From Lama glama (lineage: Eukaryota), in assembly GCA_028534125.1 (NCBI GenBank), contig CM052818.1:23748001-23812000 (forward strand): a stretch of DNA of 64,000 bases. Direction: 5' to 3'. A program made the translations under genes and the position numbers. This document shows positions 27,506-38,248 of the stretch, piece by piece (position 1 is the stretch's first letter; each line of letters starts with the position of its first letter). A model generated the notes under the pieces. The model did no database searches. It was not told the origin of the DNA and saw only the letters and a list, made by a program, of their open reading frames with translations.

Positions 27506-27900
27506 AAAGAAGAGACAGCCTTCATTCTGAAATATTTTCAGACATTTTAATCTACATTTGCTAATTTTTGGCATTAGGTTGTTGATACTTTTTATTACTT
27601 TTTTAATATATGAAGCCCTGTAATGACATGCAATTTAAAAAACTCTGGATTTTGCCAATTGATATTTTCTTGCTAATTCTTTTTTCTACTGATTTCTAAA
27701 TTGATATTGTTATGGTCAGATAATACACTTTATATTATTTTGATACTTTGATGTTTATAGAGTTCTGTTTTATGACCCAGCATTTTTGGTCTATCTTGAA
27801 GAACGTTTCATATGCATTTGAAAATAATCTGACTTGTTTGACAAGGAATATTTTTTCTAGTATTTGATTTGTATTTTCTTTGCTGTGTTTTGAGATACAC

Positions 27901-28424
27901 AGTTACAGAGTCCAAACTCATTCTGCTCACCACACGACAGGCCAATAAATCGGGAGACGAGGTGCTGGGGCAAGCAATAACGACTTTATTCGGAAAGCTG
28001 GCACACTGAGATGGCAGACTAATGTCCTGGAGAACCATCTTACTCAAGTCACAGTTCAGGCTCCTTTTAGACTAAAAAGGGACGGGATTCGGTTGATTGT
28101 TGCAAACTTCTTGGTGTAGGAATTCTTTGTCTTTAGAATCCTTTGTTCTTACAACTGTCCACATGGGTCAGGTCATGGTACCCCTGTAAAACCTCCGATA
28201 AAACAAGTGTTTTCTATTCTGCAACTTACTATCTTTATTTGAGTGCAACAGTGTTAATATCCTTAAAGGTCAGAGCCTTGAGAAATAGGTACATTTAAGG
28301 ATGGAAGCAACATTCTTTTACAAAAGGTGCAGAGCTAGCAAGACTAACCCTAGAAAACAGGGCACAGGGTTAAAGCCAAAGAAATAGACCTAATATGGAA
28401 TCAGATTTGTTCTTCTCTATTACA
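27901..28424 (-). mobile_element. 3' LTR of the provirus
   Basis: Starts TGTAATAGAG on the minus strand right after a purine tract (GACAGTGGGGAAC, 28437-28425). Contains AATAAA ('tttatt', ~27984-27989) and ends ...GGACTCTGTAACT. Colinear with the solo LTR at 36186-36707. Confidence 0.92.
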
Positions 28425-29029
28425 GTTCCCCACTGTCAATATCCATTCCACAATCTTGAGGGAAAAGAGATGACAACCGTTCTGGCTACTTCCTGCTGAA
28501 CAGGGGCAATGAGGGGGTGATTATGGAATGGAATTCATCAGCCTTGGACAGGGAACATTCCTTAGCTTAGAATCTTTAGTCAGTAGTATAATCTTTTTTT
28601 TTTTTTTTCTGTTTTTACAACTACTTGAACCTGATAAAAATCTATAGTATTTTGTTGAACTTGGAAGTTTTGGTTCCAGTTTCCAATACATACCTATTAA
28701 TACTTTTTACTGTACCATAATTACACTAGATTCCTGTGCTATTCGTTTAGACAAGATTAAACAATGAAGCTATAATCTCAATACTTACCTTTTTTAAGGA
28801 GTAACTTTAAGTCTTCTAAGGGTTCACAAAACTCTCATTCCCCAGGCCTCTCAGGAGTTGGGTCATTTTCTGATTCTGATGATGGTGGTGCTACTTCAGC
28901 CCATGGCTTTCCCCCAGCTAACCTGATAGACAAGCGCATGGTAAGTAACACCACGTGTGGTCCTGTCCACCTTGCAGTCGTCTCACATTCAGGCCCTTGT
29001 TTCCTCTGGTTTTAGCAGGACTCAATCTC

Positions 29030-29560
29030 CAGGTCAGAAAGGATGATAGACTACTTCAGTTAGGTAGGCAGACCTGTTGGAGGCAGACTCATGAACAGAG
29101 ATTAGTAGAGTGCCCAGAGTTTTGACATGATGGCAACTACTAGGTCTTGTAGAGCATTTAGATTCTCTTGCCCAGGGAGACACCTGGAACGGCCTACCAT
29201 ACGATATTTCACAGGGGCTTAATTTAAGCCTGCTTCTGGGAGCCACTCTGCTCCATAGCAGGGCAACTGGTAAGGCTTTATCCCAAGTTAAATTACTGCC
29301 AACTTATTTTAGCAATACTCCTTTTTAGTGTACGATTCCTTTCCTCCATTTTTCCTGCTGATTGTACTCTCCAGGGTGAATGTAGTTTCCAGTTAATGTG
29401 CAATATTTTAGAAACTTGCTGGGCTATGCTAGAGCAGCCTGTTACCACTTTGAAGACTATTAGGCAGGCCAGATTGAGGGATAATTTCTTTACAGAAGGC
29501 TTTAACCACTTCAGACTGTGTCCAGTATTTCTATAGCATTTGTAACCTTCATTTCCCTGC
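29030..29560 (-). pseudogene. pol: Retroviral integrase remnant
   Basis: QQVSKILHINWKLHSPWRVQSAGKMEERNRTLKRSIAK and APRSRLKLSPCEISYGRPF match the gamma-like integrase core pattern (WKLH.AYRPQSSG.VERMNRTLK; LSPFE..YGRP). Frameshifted. Confidence 0.92.
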
Positions 29561-29589
29561 CTGGATAAATGCCTGTGAAAGCTGAACAA

Positions 29590-30595
29590 AGAAAAACGTT
29601 CAGCCTTCGTGTTACTGCAGGTTAGGCCACCCGAAAGACAAAGCCAAGAGTTAACATTAAGCCATGGCCCAGGGTTTCACTTATGAGAAACAAATACAAT
29701 TCCTTCTTTATGCAACCCAACAACATAGTATACAGTGAAGTTGTTAGAAAATATGGGCCTTTCTGAATCTATATTGCATGTTTAATTTAAGTTGGAAAAT
29801 ATAATTTAGATCATTTGAAACATTAATTTCATTGTTTTCAGGTTAGCTGTATCTTACAGAATATTAGCTAGTGTCTTTATGTTGGCTGAAATGCAAAAAT
29901 ATGATTAATTTCTCAATAACAGATTAGTTAAAAATACTTTCCATTGACAGCAGTGCCAGTCCTAGAACAAAATATAAGCGAAATGTATTTGTAAGTCATT
30001 TGTCTTTCAGTGCCCCAAATATGCAGGTCCTGACACTAACCCCTTAATATGCGTCTGCAAGATGACTGAAGGGAAAGCACACCTGTCTGCAAAACTGTAC
30101 TTTAAAGAATCCTATAAATAGTCAAAATTTGCTTTCAAAATTTAAGTAAACACTGCACATTTGATTTGAACTAAACTTATAGTTAAATTAACTTATGACA
30201 CATTGGATCATAACCACTACATATGTAAAAGGATTTTTTAAAAAGTCCGTAGCAAAGATGAAACGAAACTCCGTGAGCAGTGCACGCCGAGTAACCCCTC
30301 GCTGCAGCTGCTTCCTGGCTTGGCACAGTGACAGTGGTCACAGGCCTCCGGTATGGAATTTTCAAGTAAATACCCAAGTAAAACCAAAGCTCATGTCCAG
30401 TTTGTTTTTAATGGCAATGACAAGGCTTGAAATTCAACTGTATTTTCCTTAAATATCACATTCAAGTGTCTGAAGGACAAAGACAGTAAATTTGACAGGG
30501 CTTCATTTCGGCCATTGTCTCCCCATATAGTTGATAGCCTGCCTCTTTGGTATTTCAACTGGTATCGAGTAGTGCTCTCTTGGATTCCCATACCA
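29590..30595 (-). other. Unidentified non-retroviral ~1 kb insert, possibly an mRNA end/3' UTR, replacing most of pro-RT-RNaseH
   Basis: Lies between the protease start and integrase with no RT motifs. AT-rich with scattered CpGs, no poly(A), no recognisable repeat. Confidence 0.5.
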
Positions 30596-30740
30596 CTTGT
30601 CCCCCCCTGTCAGAGTTACCCGGGGCTCCTGTGGGGAAACTGGAATTGGGTGCCCCAAATCCAAGGGAGCCTCTGAGCCTCGTCATCTATCAGAGTGTTC
30701 CTCTTTTTTTCCCATGTGACTGGCTCCTATCCTTTTTAAT
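30596..30740 (-). pseudogene. pro: End of gag / start of retroviral protease
   Basis: Minus strand 30649-30596 translates PIPVSPQEPRVTLTGGDK, resembling the EPRVTLTVGG start of gamma-type proteases. Confidence 0.75.
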
Positions 30741-31669
30741 TGTTTTCCTGGATCGGATGCATAATTATGTAAAATGAACGTGTTGATGGGTAGACTTATG
30801 TGTCCCAGAAAAGTAAAAGGCACTGCATAGACAAAGGACTGATACCAGAAGCCACCTAAAGGAAACCCTAGCATGCATCCCAGACCAGAAAAAGTGTCAA
30901 GACCTGCCAACACTGTAGCCACAGTATTTGGAAATGCTTTTGGAAGGATAGAAGATGATGCAGTTTTTGCTGCAGCAAAACTTACTGAATTAGTTATTCT
31001 CATTAGAAAACACATTGCAATAAACACTGGTCCTTTTGGACCTTGTTCCAATGCACCAAAGAGAACTGCAGTTCCTCCTGAGACAAACATTCCTGTTACA
31101 AACAAATTGTGCTCCAATACGTACACGGTATTTTCCAGATACTAAAGATGCCAGCAAGTCCGACAAAGCATAACATCCAAAAATCGTACCAATAATTGCA
31201 TGGCTGGTGCCTTTCTTTTCAGCCTTCTTGAGGAAGAAGGGTCCAATGATAAAACACATCATAGAATCTAAGTTGATGGAAGCTGCTGATAGCAATACAA
31301 AAGTGTTCTCTTGAAAGCCGCTATCACCTCTTAATGTGCAAGACTGGGGCAGGCTCTAAGAGCATGCAGCACCCTGCTGTGATTAAGTTTCCAGAAATCA
31401 GAAGCCATTTCTTTAGATGTGGCATTTTTATCACTGAGTAGGCCCCATGGTGGTGAAGAAATGGCATAGGATAGTTTGGCACTATTCTAAACCTAAGTTT
31501 GGCACTGATACCAGATCCACATATCCAGCTGGTAAGTTAAACTTCTCTAAAACAAAGAGGGACAGCATTGGATCAAGGAAGCTGAAACATGAGCTGAGTG
31601 GAGTGATGATGCAGGATATAAAGGTAACGTTGGGTAAAGTGATAAGTTTCCAGCATGAGTGCTTCCCTG
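30741..31669 (-). pseudogene. SLC18B1: Intronless, circularly permuted processed pseudogene of the MFS transporter SLC18B1 (C6orf192)
   Basis: 31669-31328 reads GKHSCWKLITLPNVTFISCIITPLSSCFSFLDPMLSLFVLEKFNLPAGYVDLV...LSYAISSPPWGLLSDK..HLKKWLLISGNLITAGCCMLLEPAPVLHIK. Then 31327-30741 reads GD..RLSRE..LSAASINLDSMMCFIIGPFFLKKAEKKG...MFVSGGTAVLFG...AAAKTASSSILPKAFPNTVATVL...NYASDPGK. Both match SLC18B1 as I recall it. Several frameshifts and small deletions. Confidence 0.93.
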
Positions 31670-32420
31670 TTATTTAAGACTTTAAAAGCAACATCTACCA
31701 ATCAAGAAGGGTTTATTCCAAATGAATCATCTAATTTGTACAGTTTTCTCATATTTAGCATTCTAGCATTTTTAGGGACTTTGGAATATTTAAAAAAAAA
31801 GGGGAGGGGGTCTTTGTTTTTTGCTGGATTTCTTTAATTTTGTTAAACCCAGACTACTGGCTGTTTGCATTTGGGTCCCCTAATATGTCCTGTGGACAGA
31901 GTGGCTCCTGGTTCAGACTGGGTGCCCTGTCAGGTCTTAAAATGGCAATACCAGACCAGGTCCCTGTGCCCCAGAAACTAACATAGGATTTTCTAATTGA
32001 TCCCTACAGGAGGGGGAGCCAGTCCTCCCGCTTCCTGAGCCCCAGTGTCAGGAACTGGGGCTGGCTATGTAGAAACAGGAGGCAGTGGATGGAGTGGATA
32101 CATTGGTATCGTGGCCAGGGAGGCTGGGACAGCCAGCTCAGCCGGAGGACTTAAGGTTTGAAGGAACATCTCCTCACTCGCATTCCTTTCTTTTTAATTT
32201 TCCCTGATGTAATAGCACAAATACTTACACATAGGGCATTTCATCATTTTTCCTGCTTTTTCACAGAATATCTGAAATTGCAGGATTGTATAGATCCACT
32301 CAAAGGCCCCCATTCCTCAGCACTTTATTGTGAAAGTATAAATAGCTCCTGATCCTCCCTAACCATTGTGCCTGGACATCAACCAGCCAGGCTGAACTTG
32401 GGGCTGGGGCTTTTTGTGAT
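31670..32420 (-). pseudogene. gag: Retroviral gag remnant (matrix- and capsid-like pieces)
   Basis: Minus-strand fragments: TILQFQIFC...EMPYV (~32290-32225, MA-like), FNKIKEIQQK (~31850-31818, major homology region), RKLYKLD...LVDVAFKVLNNR (~31750-31667). Confidence 0.8.
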
Positions 32421-33235
32421 TTTTAGGAACCAAGTGAAACCTTTATAGTCTCCCCGGGAATGTCCCACGCTCCAACAAGAACAGGTAGGTTTCTTTTTTC
32501 TGTTCTTTTCTTCAGTTTAACAACAGTAAAAGTGTTAAGTATCATAAAACTGACTTGGTTATAGATGGAGAAATGGTACCAAAACAAAGTGAAACAAGAA
32601 ACCCAAAGGACAAACAGAAAACCCTAAATAAATGCTCAGGTTTGGCCTTGGGGTTTTACATACACCAACGACACAGGAGACCACAAATGACGTACTTAAC
32701 ACAGCAAGGGTGGCAGTATACGGAGATAACCCGGCATAAACTGCTTGTGGGGATCCACACAGGTACTCCGGCCACACATCGCTCATCTTTCTCTCAGGCA
32801 TGGGTGCACAGCTGTAATCACATTACTTATCCAAAATATGCCTCAGAGAACCTTCCTTAGGGATAGTTGACACGCTCCCCCCCTTTTTTTTTAAAGATAG
32901 GAATACAAGACAAACGAAACACAAACGACGCACACAAATGCACCAGCTCACAAGTTGGGTAAAAGTCCAACAACTCTTTCCTCTCGCCAACAGGGTACCC
33001 CTCTAAAACAGACTGGTTTATTCCAGAGAAAGCCCCAAATGGAGAGGAATAAAGTATGTATGGAGCCCATTGGCCCCCGGATGTCGATTCCTTGCTCCAA
33101 CTGCCACGCACTAGGGCAGTGGTGCTGCTTCGGGAAGTTTTGAAGGGAGGAGCCTCAGGACAGGTGGTCGTGGCAGCTGCTAGGGCCTCACCTGAAAACT
33201 CCCCAGGTGGGGCTGGCTGGTCACAAGCAGCAAGG

Positions 33236-33259
33236 CTCCTGCCTGGCTTTGACAAGATT
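33236..33259 (-). promoter_or_regulatory. Degenerate primer-binding site, tRNA-Arg type
   Basis: Follows the LTR end ...CAGTAACA: AATCTTGTCAAAGCCAGGCAGGAG. The duplicate at 48311-48334 has AGCCAGCCAGGAG, matching the PBS-Arg TGGCGAGCCAGCCAGGAG. Confidence 0.7.
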
Positions 33260-33289
33260 TGTTACTGAGTCCAAACTTGTTCTGCTTGG

Positions 33290-34420
33290 TTTTTATGTGC
33301 ACGTTAGTATACTATCCACACTGTTCTGTGCCTTAATGCTTCTGATTTTATATATGTTAGAAACTTTCCACATAGATATGCTACATTTTATAAAAGCTGC
33401 ATGACGTTCTGTTGTATGGATATACTATAATTGATTGCAGCAGGCCCTGTTGATATTAAAAGCAATGTTTCAGTGAATAAGCTTCCTCTTACATCTTTGT
33501 AGACAAGTGAAGATTTCCATTGCATAAATATCTAAATGTGGAATTACATAAAGAAAAGGTATAATTGTCACAGATGTCCCTAGGTAGCCCTCCAAAAAGG
33601 GTGTGCCAACTTACAGTTCCATCTATAGTATATGAAAATGCCTAATTCTAGGTCTTACTTTTTAACAGTTATTGGCTATAATTTATAAACAACAAAATTC
33701 ACTCTTTAGGAATACAGTTTGATAAATCTTCTAGTTATAACTTCCATTATAATCAAAATTTAGAACTGTTCCACCACCTTCAAAAGCTCCCATATTACCA
33801 TCTGAAGCGAATCCAGACCCCTTATCCTTGTCTCCAGGCAACCACTGATCTGTTTTCTGTCACTATTAGTTTTGCCTTTTTTAGAATTTCATATAAGTAG
33901 ACTTTTGAGTTCTTTCATTTAGCAAAATGTTTTTTAGTTACATCAACACATTACTGACAGATATTTCATAGCATGGTTAAAAGATAATTTGTCGATCTGT
34001 TCACAATTTGATGGACAACTTGGGCTGTTTCCAGATTTTGATTATGAATAATATTGCTATGAATATTCATACAAGTTCTATGTACATCTTATTTTCTTTT
34101 GTGTTGTCTTACACAAGACGTGATAAGTGACTTAAAATATACTGCTTTAAATTTCCCAAATCAGCCATGCCATTTTGCAATCCTATCAACAATGTATGAG
34201 AATTCCAGTTGCTCCACAGTCTCTCCCATACTTGGTAAATAAAGCCATGCTTCTTTTTTTAATTTAACCATTCTAACGTGTGTTCATGGTTTTAATCACA
34301 TGTCCCTGATGACCAGTGATGCTAAGCATCTTTCAGGTGTTTACTGATCATTCATATGCCTTCTTTGTGAAGTACTTCTACAAATGTTTGATCCATTTTT
34401 TAATTTACTTGTTTTCCTAT
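33290..34420 (-). mobile_element. Old L1 3' fragments (nested, antisense)
   Basis: 'ctccaaaaagggtgtgccaacttacagttcc', 'ccaggcaaccactgatctgttttctgtcacta', 'aatgtatgagaattccagttgctccaca'. Confidence 0.8.
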
Positions 34421-36185
34421 CATTTCATGCTACCGACACATATGAGGAAAGAGGCATGAGAAAATGGATTTGGAGAAGAAAGCAAGGCTTGTATCTGATT
34501 ATTATTATTACACAGACATAGGAAAGATGCATTAAGAGATCTCAAGCTTTCCTTTAAACAGTGGTTCTACAATGTCTTGGGTAGATTAGAAACCTACCAG
34601 TGCCTTTGTCCCACCAAAATCCAATTAATCAGAATGGATAGTGGTGAGGTAGCCTCAGTAGTTATTAAATCACTTCAGATGATCCTGTTGTGTACTTAGG
34701 ATTCATCAAACTTTTCAAAAGGATTAAAGCCAAGTGGGCTTTAAATTCCATTATGAATATTTAATTCAAAGTTAAGAAAATACGTTATATTTTGATTAAA
34801 ATATAGAATGAAATATGCTACTCTTGAAATAAGATTGTTAAAAACAATGACAAATGAGAAGATAAAGTAAACTTATATGCTTATTTTTGTCCTAATCTGA
34901 ACAAATATCTTCTTTTAAGCATGGTGTTAAGTTAGTAAACCTTGATATTTTAATTAAGAATACTATCCTGTCAAAAAGTATAATTAAATGGGATATGTAC
35001 CAATCACTCAACTTACTAATTAAATTTAGTTGTTTGGATCATGAAGCTCAAGATAGTAATTAAAATGACTAATATTAAATATGTGCCCATTAATGGGAGT
35101 TAAAGTAAGATGAATTTCACCTCATTGTAAAGTGAGAAGAACATTCTAAAGATATGGCTCGCAACAGCTAGTATATAATATCTAGCATCTCTCTTCCTAG
35201 CAGTGTGCCTGGGGCATACACAATAATCAATACTTACTGTAGGTTAGTAAATGGACACTTTATAAAAGCAGAGTCCCCACCACTACAGTGTGTTTAAGCA
35301 GAAACTAGACGACCGTCTGCCAAAGATACTACTGAAAAGATTTCTAAGGAAGGGGTTAGAAAATTGGTGAAGATGAATTATAAAGTCCCTTTGACCTCTA
35401 AAATTATTTGGTCCTGCATCTTCAATATATTGAGAGTTGCACTTCACAATACCGTGCTGATCTTTCACCTGCTGTGGGAGAATAATGCAATTTTAACAGA
35501 AAAGCTTTCTGACCCAATTTATTTTTCATATTTCAAGAACTCTTATTCATTTTTTCTTAGGGTAGGCAGAAGTGTGTGGAGACATGCAGACTGTGAAAAT
35601 TGAATTGGTGATGCAAGACTGGAAGTGAAGTTAGCTTCATTGCAAAAATTCAATATGGAAAGGGTAACCAAATGAGAGCACTGCCCCAAACAGTAAGAAT
35701 AGTTACACGAAGTGAAGGGAAAGAGAACAGAGAACAGGTGAAATTAATTGTGGCATCCAAGGGGACAAACCTGCTATACTCCTCTCTACTAAGAGTTACG
35801 TGGGATATCAAAACAAGAACTGAAGATTAATGTTTGAAAGCTTGGTTATTTGTTATTGGCAGTTTTCCAAGAGCACCTAGTCTAGCTATATTATGCCCGC
35901 ACTTGCAAAAACATACACTGACAGATAGTGGCAGCTCACCGAGTATCGGCAAAGGCCAAAGACTTGGAAGGAGAGGAAGGTAGTTCAGATCCCAACACCT
36001 AGATCACACTTTCGGCTAGTCCGGTGGAAACAGACACGTCCCCTTCATCACGCCTGCGTATCTTCCCCAGTAAATTCTCCCTAGCATCCTCTTCCTCACA
36101 TTACTCTATCCTGAGTCAGGCTCTCATGTGTGTTTGATTGACAGAGCCTGCCTGGTTCTGGTATTAGATTGGTCACCTATGTGGT

Positions 36186-36707
36186 TGTAACAAAGAACAA
36201 CAAATCTGACTCTGTATTAGGTCTGTTCCTTTAGCTTTAACCCTGTGCTCTGTTTCCTGTGCTTAGTCATGCTGATTCTGCACCTTTTGCAAAAGAATGC
36301 TGCCTATAGCCCAAAACAGACAGGACAGCCCATTCGCAAGTCTCTGACCTTTAAGGATATAGCACTTTTCCATTCATATAGCGATAAAAAGTTGCAGAAC
36401 ACAGAATAACATTTCTCTTGCTGGAGATTTGCAAGAACATCATGACCTGACCTAGATGGACAACTGCAAGAACGAAGGATTCTGACCCCAAGAAGTTTCC
36501 AACCACCAGCCACACCCCCTACCTTTTTAGTATAAAAGGAGCCTGAATTCTGACTTGGGGAAGATAGTTCTCTAGGACATTAGTAGTCCCTCATCTTCTT
36601 GGTCTGCTGGATTTCTGAATAAAGTCGCTATTCCTTGTCCCAACACCATGCCTCTTGATTTATTGGCCTGTCGTGCAGTGAGCAGAATGAGTTTGGATTC
36701 AGTCATA
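36186..36707 (+). mobile_element. Solo LTR of the same family as the provirus, opposite orientation
   Basis: Starts TGTAACAAAG; TATAAAA at ~36531, AATAAA at ~36618; ends GAGCAGAATGAGTTTGGATTCAGTCATA. Flanks tggt/gggt may be a 4-bp TSD with one mismatch. Confidence 0.9.
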
Positions 36708-38050
36708 GGGTTCTAATTGAAAAGTTAGAAAAAAAAAAAAAGCTCGAGCAGGCTGGATCTCTAATGTACTAAGTTCCCCTAATACAAAAATTATTCAAAA
36801 GATGCTCAGTAGTAATAAATACATAAATAACCCCTGGGATATCAAAACAGACTTTAGATAGAAATATAGATGCTTGTAAAACTCTTATCACAAACTCGTT
36901 ACTTAGCAATTTCACACTAACCAGTTAACGGCTGAGGGAGAATTCCCAATCAAGGAAGAAAGTAATACCATCTTTGACAGAATTCTTCAGGAAGGCAAGT
37001 GAGTGCCAGCAGGAAATACAGAAATTTTTTCACAGTAATTTTTTTTGGCCACTTAAATATCGAGCATCCTATTTAACGTTTAACCCCTTCTTAATACAAT
37101 GCACTCAGCAGAGACTTTAAGTTCGATACTAGAAAACGCGACTTGACTTCTGTAACGGAATTCTGTGGGAAGAAGGTATACACCCGAGAGGCGTTTGCTT
37201 TACAGAACATGCTTTCTGGAATTTGAGGTTTGTCGCAAAACAGAAGCCATTTTCAGCACCTATCCAGGTGGGCCACACATCTCCTTCCTACCTGCCAACA
37301 GCATTCCATAAAGGAAGCTGGGCTAAGGGCTCTTCTCACCTCCCCTGCCAGCTGACAAGGCACTGAACGTGCTCTACTCAGCAGCAGGAACTAAAATCCT
37401 TGTCAAAATTACGCTGTTCTGGAGACAAGGCGAGGTGACTTCCACGGTGTCACCTTCCAAAAGCTGCAGCGTGAGGACAGCTGATCTGTTGTGCTAAAGG
37501 ATGCATGGTCCACCTGACGTGGCAGCTGCCCCAAAAGACCATCATCTCCCACTAATCCCTGGGTGTATGGGTCCTCCAGCTTGCTGCTCCCTCCATATCA
37601 CTGACACAGCATTGCCAATTGTCACATGGCATCTGAGCTGGCACTCTACTGGGGTAGCTCCTAAATACGGTAGGAACTAGAGGATGAGAAAAAATTCAGT
37701 GCTGGCAGCAGCAAGGGAACAAAGGAAATGTACATTTGGAAAATGTCTGATTTAAACATCACCACCACCAATTTGACTTCACGATTAATTAATATTTGCT
37801 TATAACCTTTTATCTTTTACTGCCCCCATTTTAGAACAGGTGCTTTTCATTGATGCTTGATACTTGCCACGAAAAATTCTCAAAAAGCACTCTGAAGAAT
37901 TTTGTTTTAATTGTCATTTTTTTTAACAAGATTTTATCCATCTTATGAATGTGTCAGCAAAGCAGAGCAGAGTCAGCATGAGCTTAGGTTAGCGGGAGAG
38001 AAAATATTTTTGTCTTTATTCTATTTAGACAGCCAAAGCCTTGGGTTTGA

Positions 38051-38248
38051 TATGTGCAGAACAGATAAACAAGGTCCTACTGTACAGCACAGGGAACTAT
38101 ATTACCTTGTAATAACCTATAAAGAAAAATATGAGAAATATGTATTATATGTATAACTGAATCACTATGCTGTACACCAGAAACTAATACAACATTGTAA
38201 CTTGGCTATACTTCAATAAAACAAAATAAAAACAAAAACAAAAAAAAC
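38051..38248 (+). mobile_element. 5'-truncated L1 3' end with A-rich tail and TSD
   Basis: 'gtcctactgtacagcacagggaactat...tgaatcactatgctgtacaccagaaactaatacaacattgt'. TSD aaagccttgggtttga (38035-38050) and aaagctttcggtttga (38249-38264). Confidence 0.85.

Larger units (their letters stand above)
27901..33286 (-). mobile_element. Degenerate non-autonomous class I endogenous retrovirus carrying host-derived inserts
   Basis: Order on the minus strand: U5 remnant, PBS, leader, gag (MA/CA-like), SLC18B1 insert, gag end/pro start, unknown insert, integrase, short 3' region, PPT, complete LTR. Confidence 0.9.

Noticed and set aside
30545..30585. Possible SLC18B1 C-terminus at the start of the second insert, or the protease LLDTG motif (LLDTS)
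   Set aside because: Similarity is short and weak, and neither reading extends on either side.
30683..31295. SLC18B1-like ORFs as a functional gene
   Set aside because: Frameshifted, permuted, missing both termini and embedded in a provirus.
32857..33268. 132-aa ORF and its twin at 48302-48592
   Set aside because: Chance frames in the GC-rich proviral leader; useful only as evidence of the duplication.
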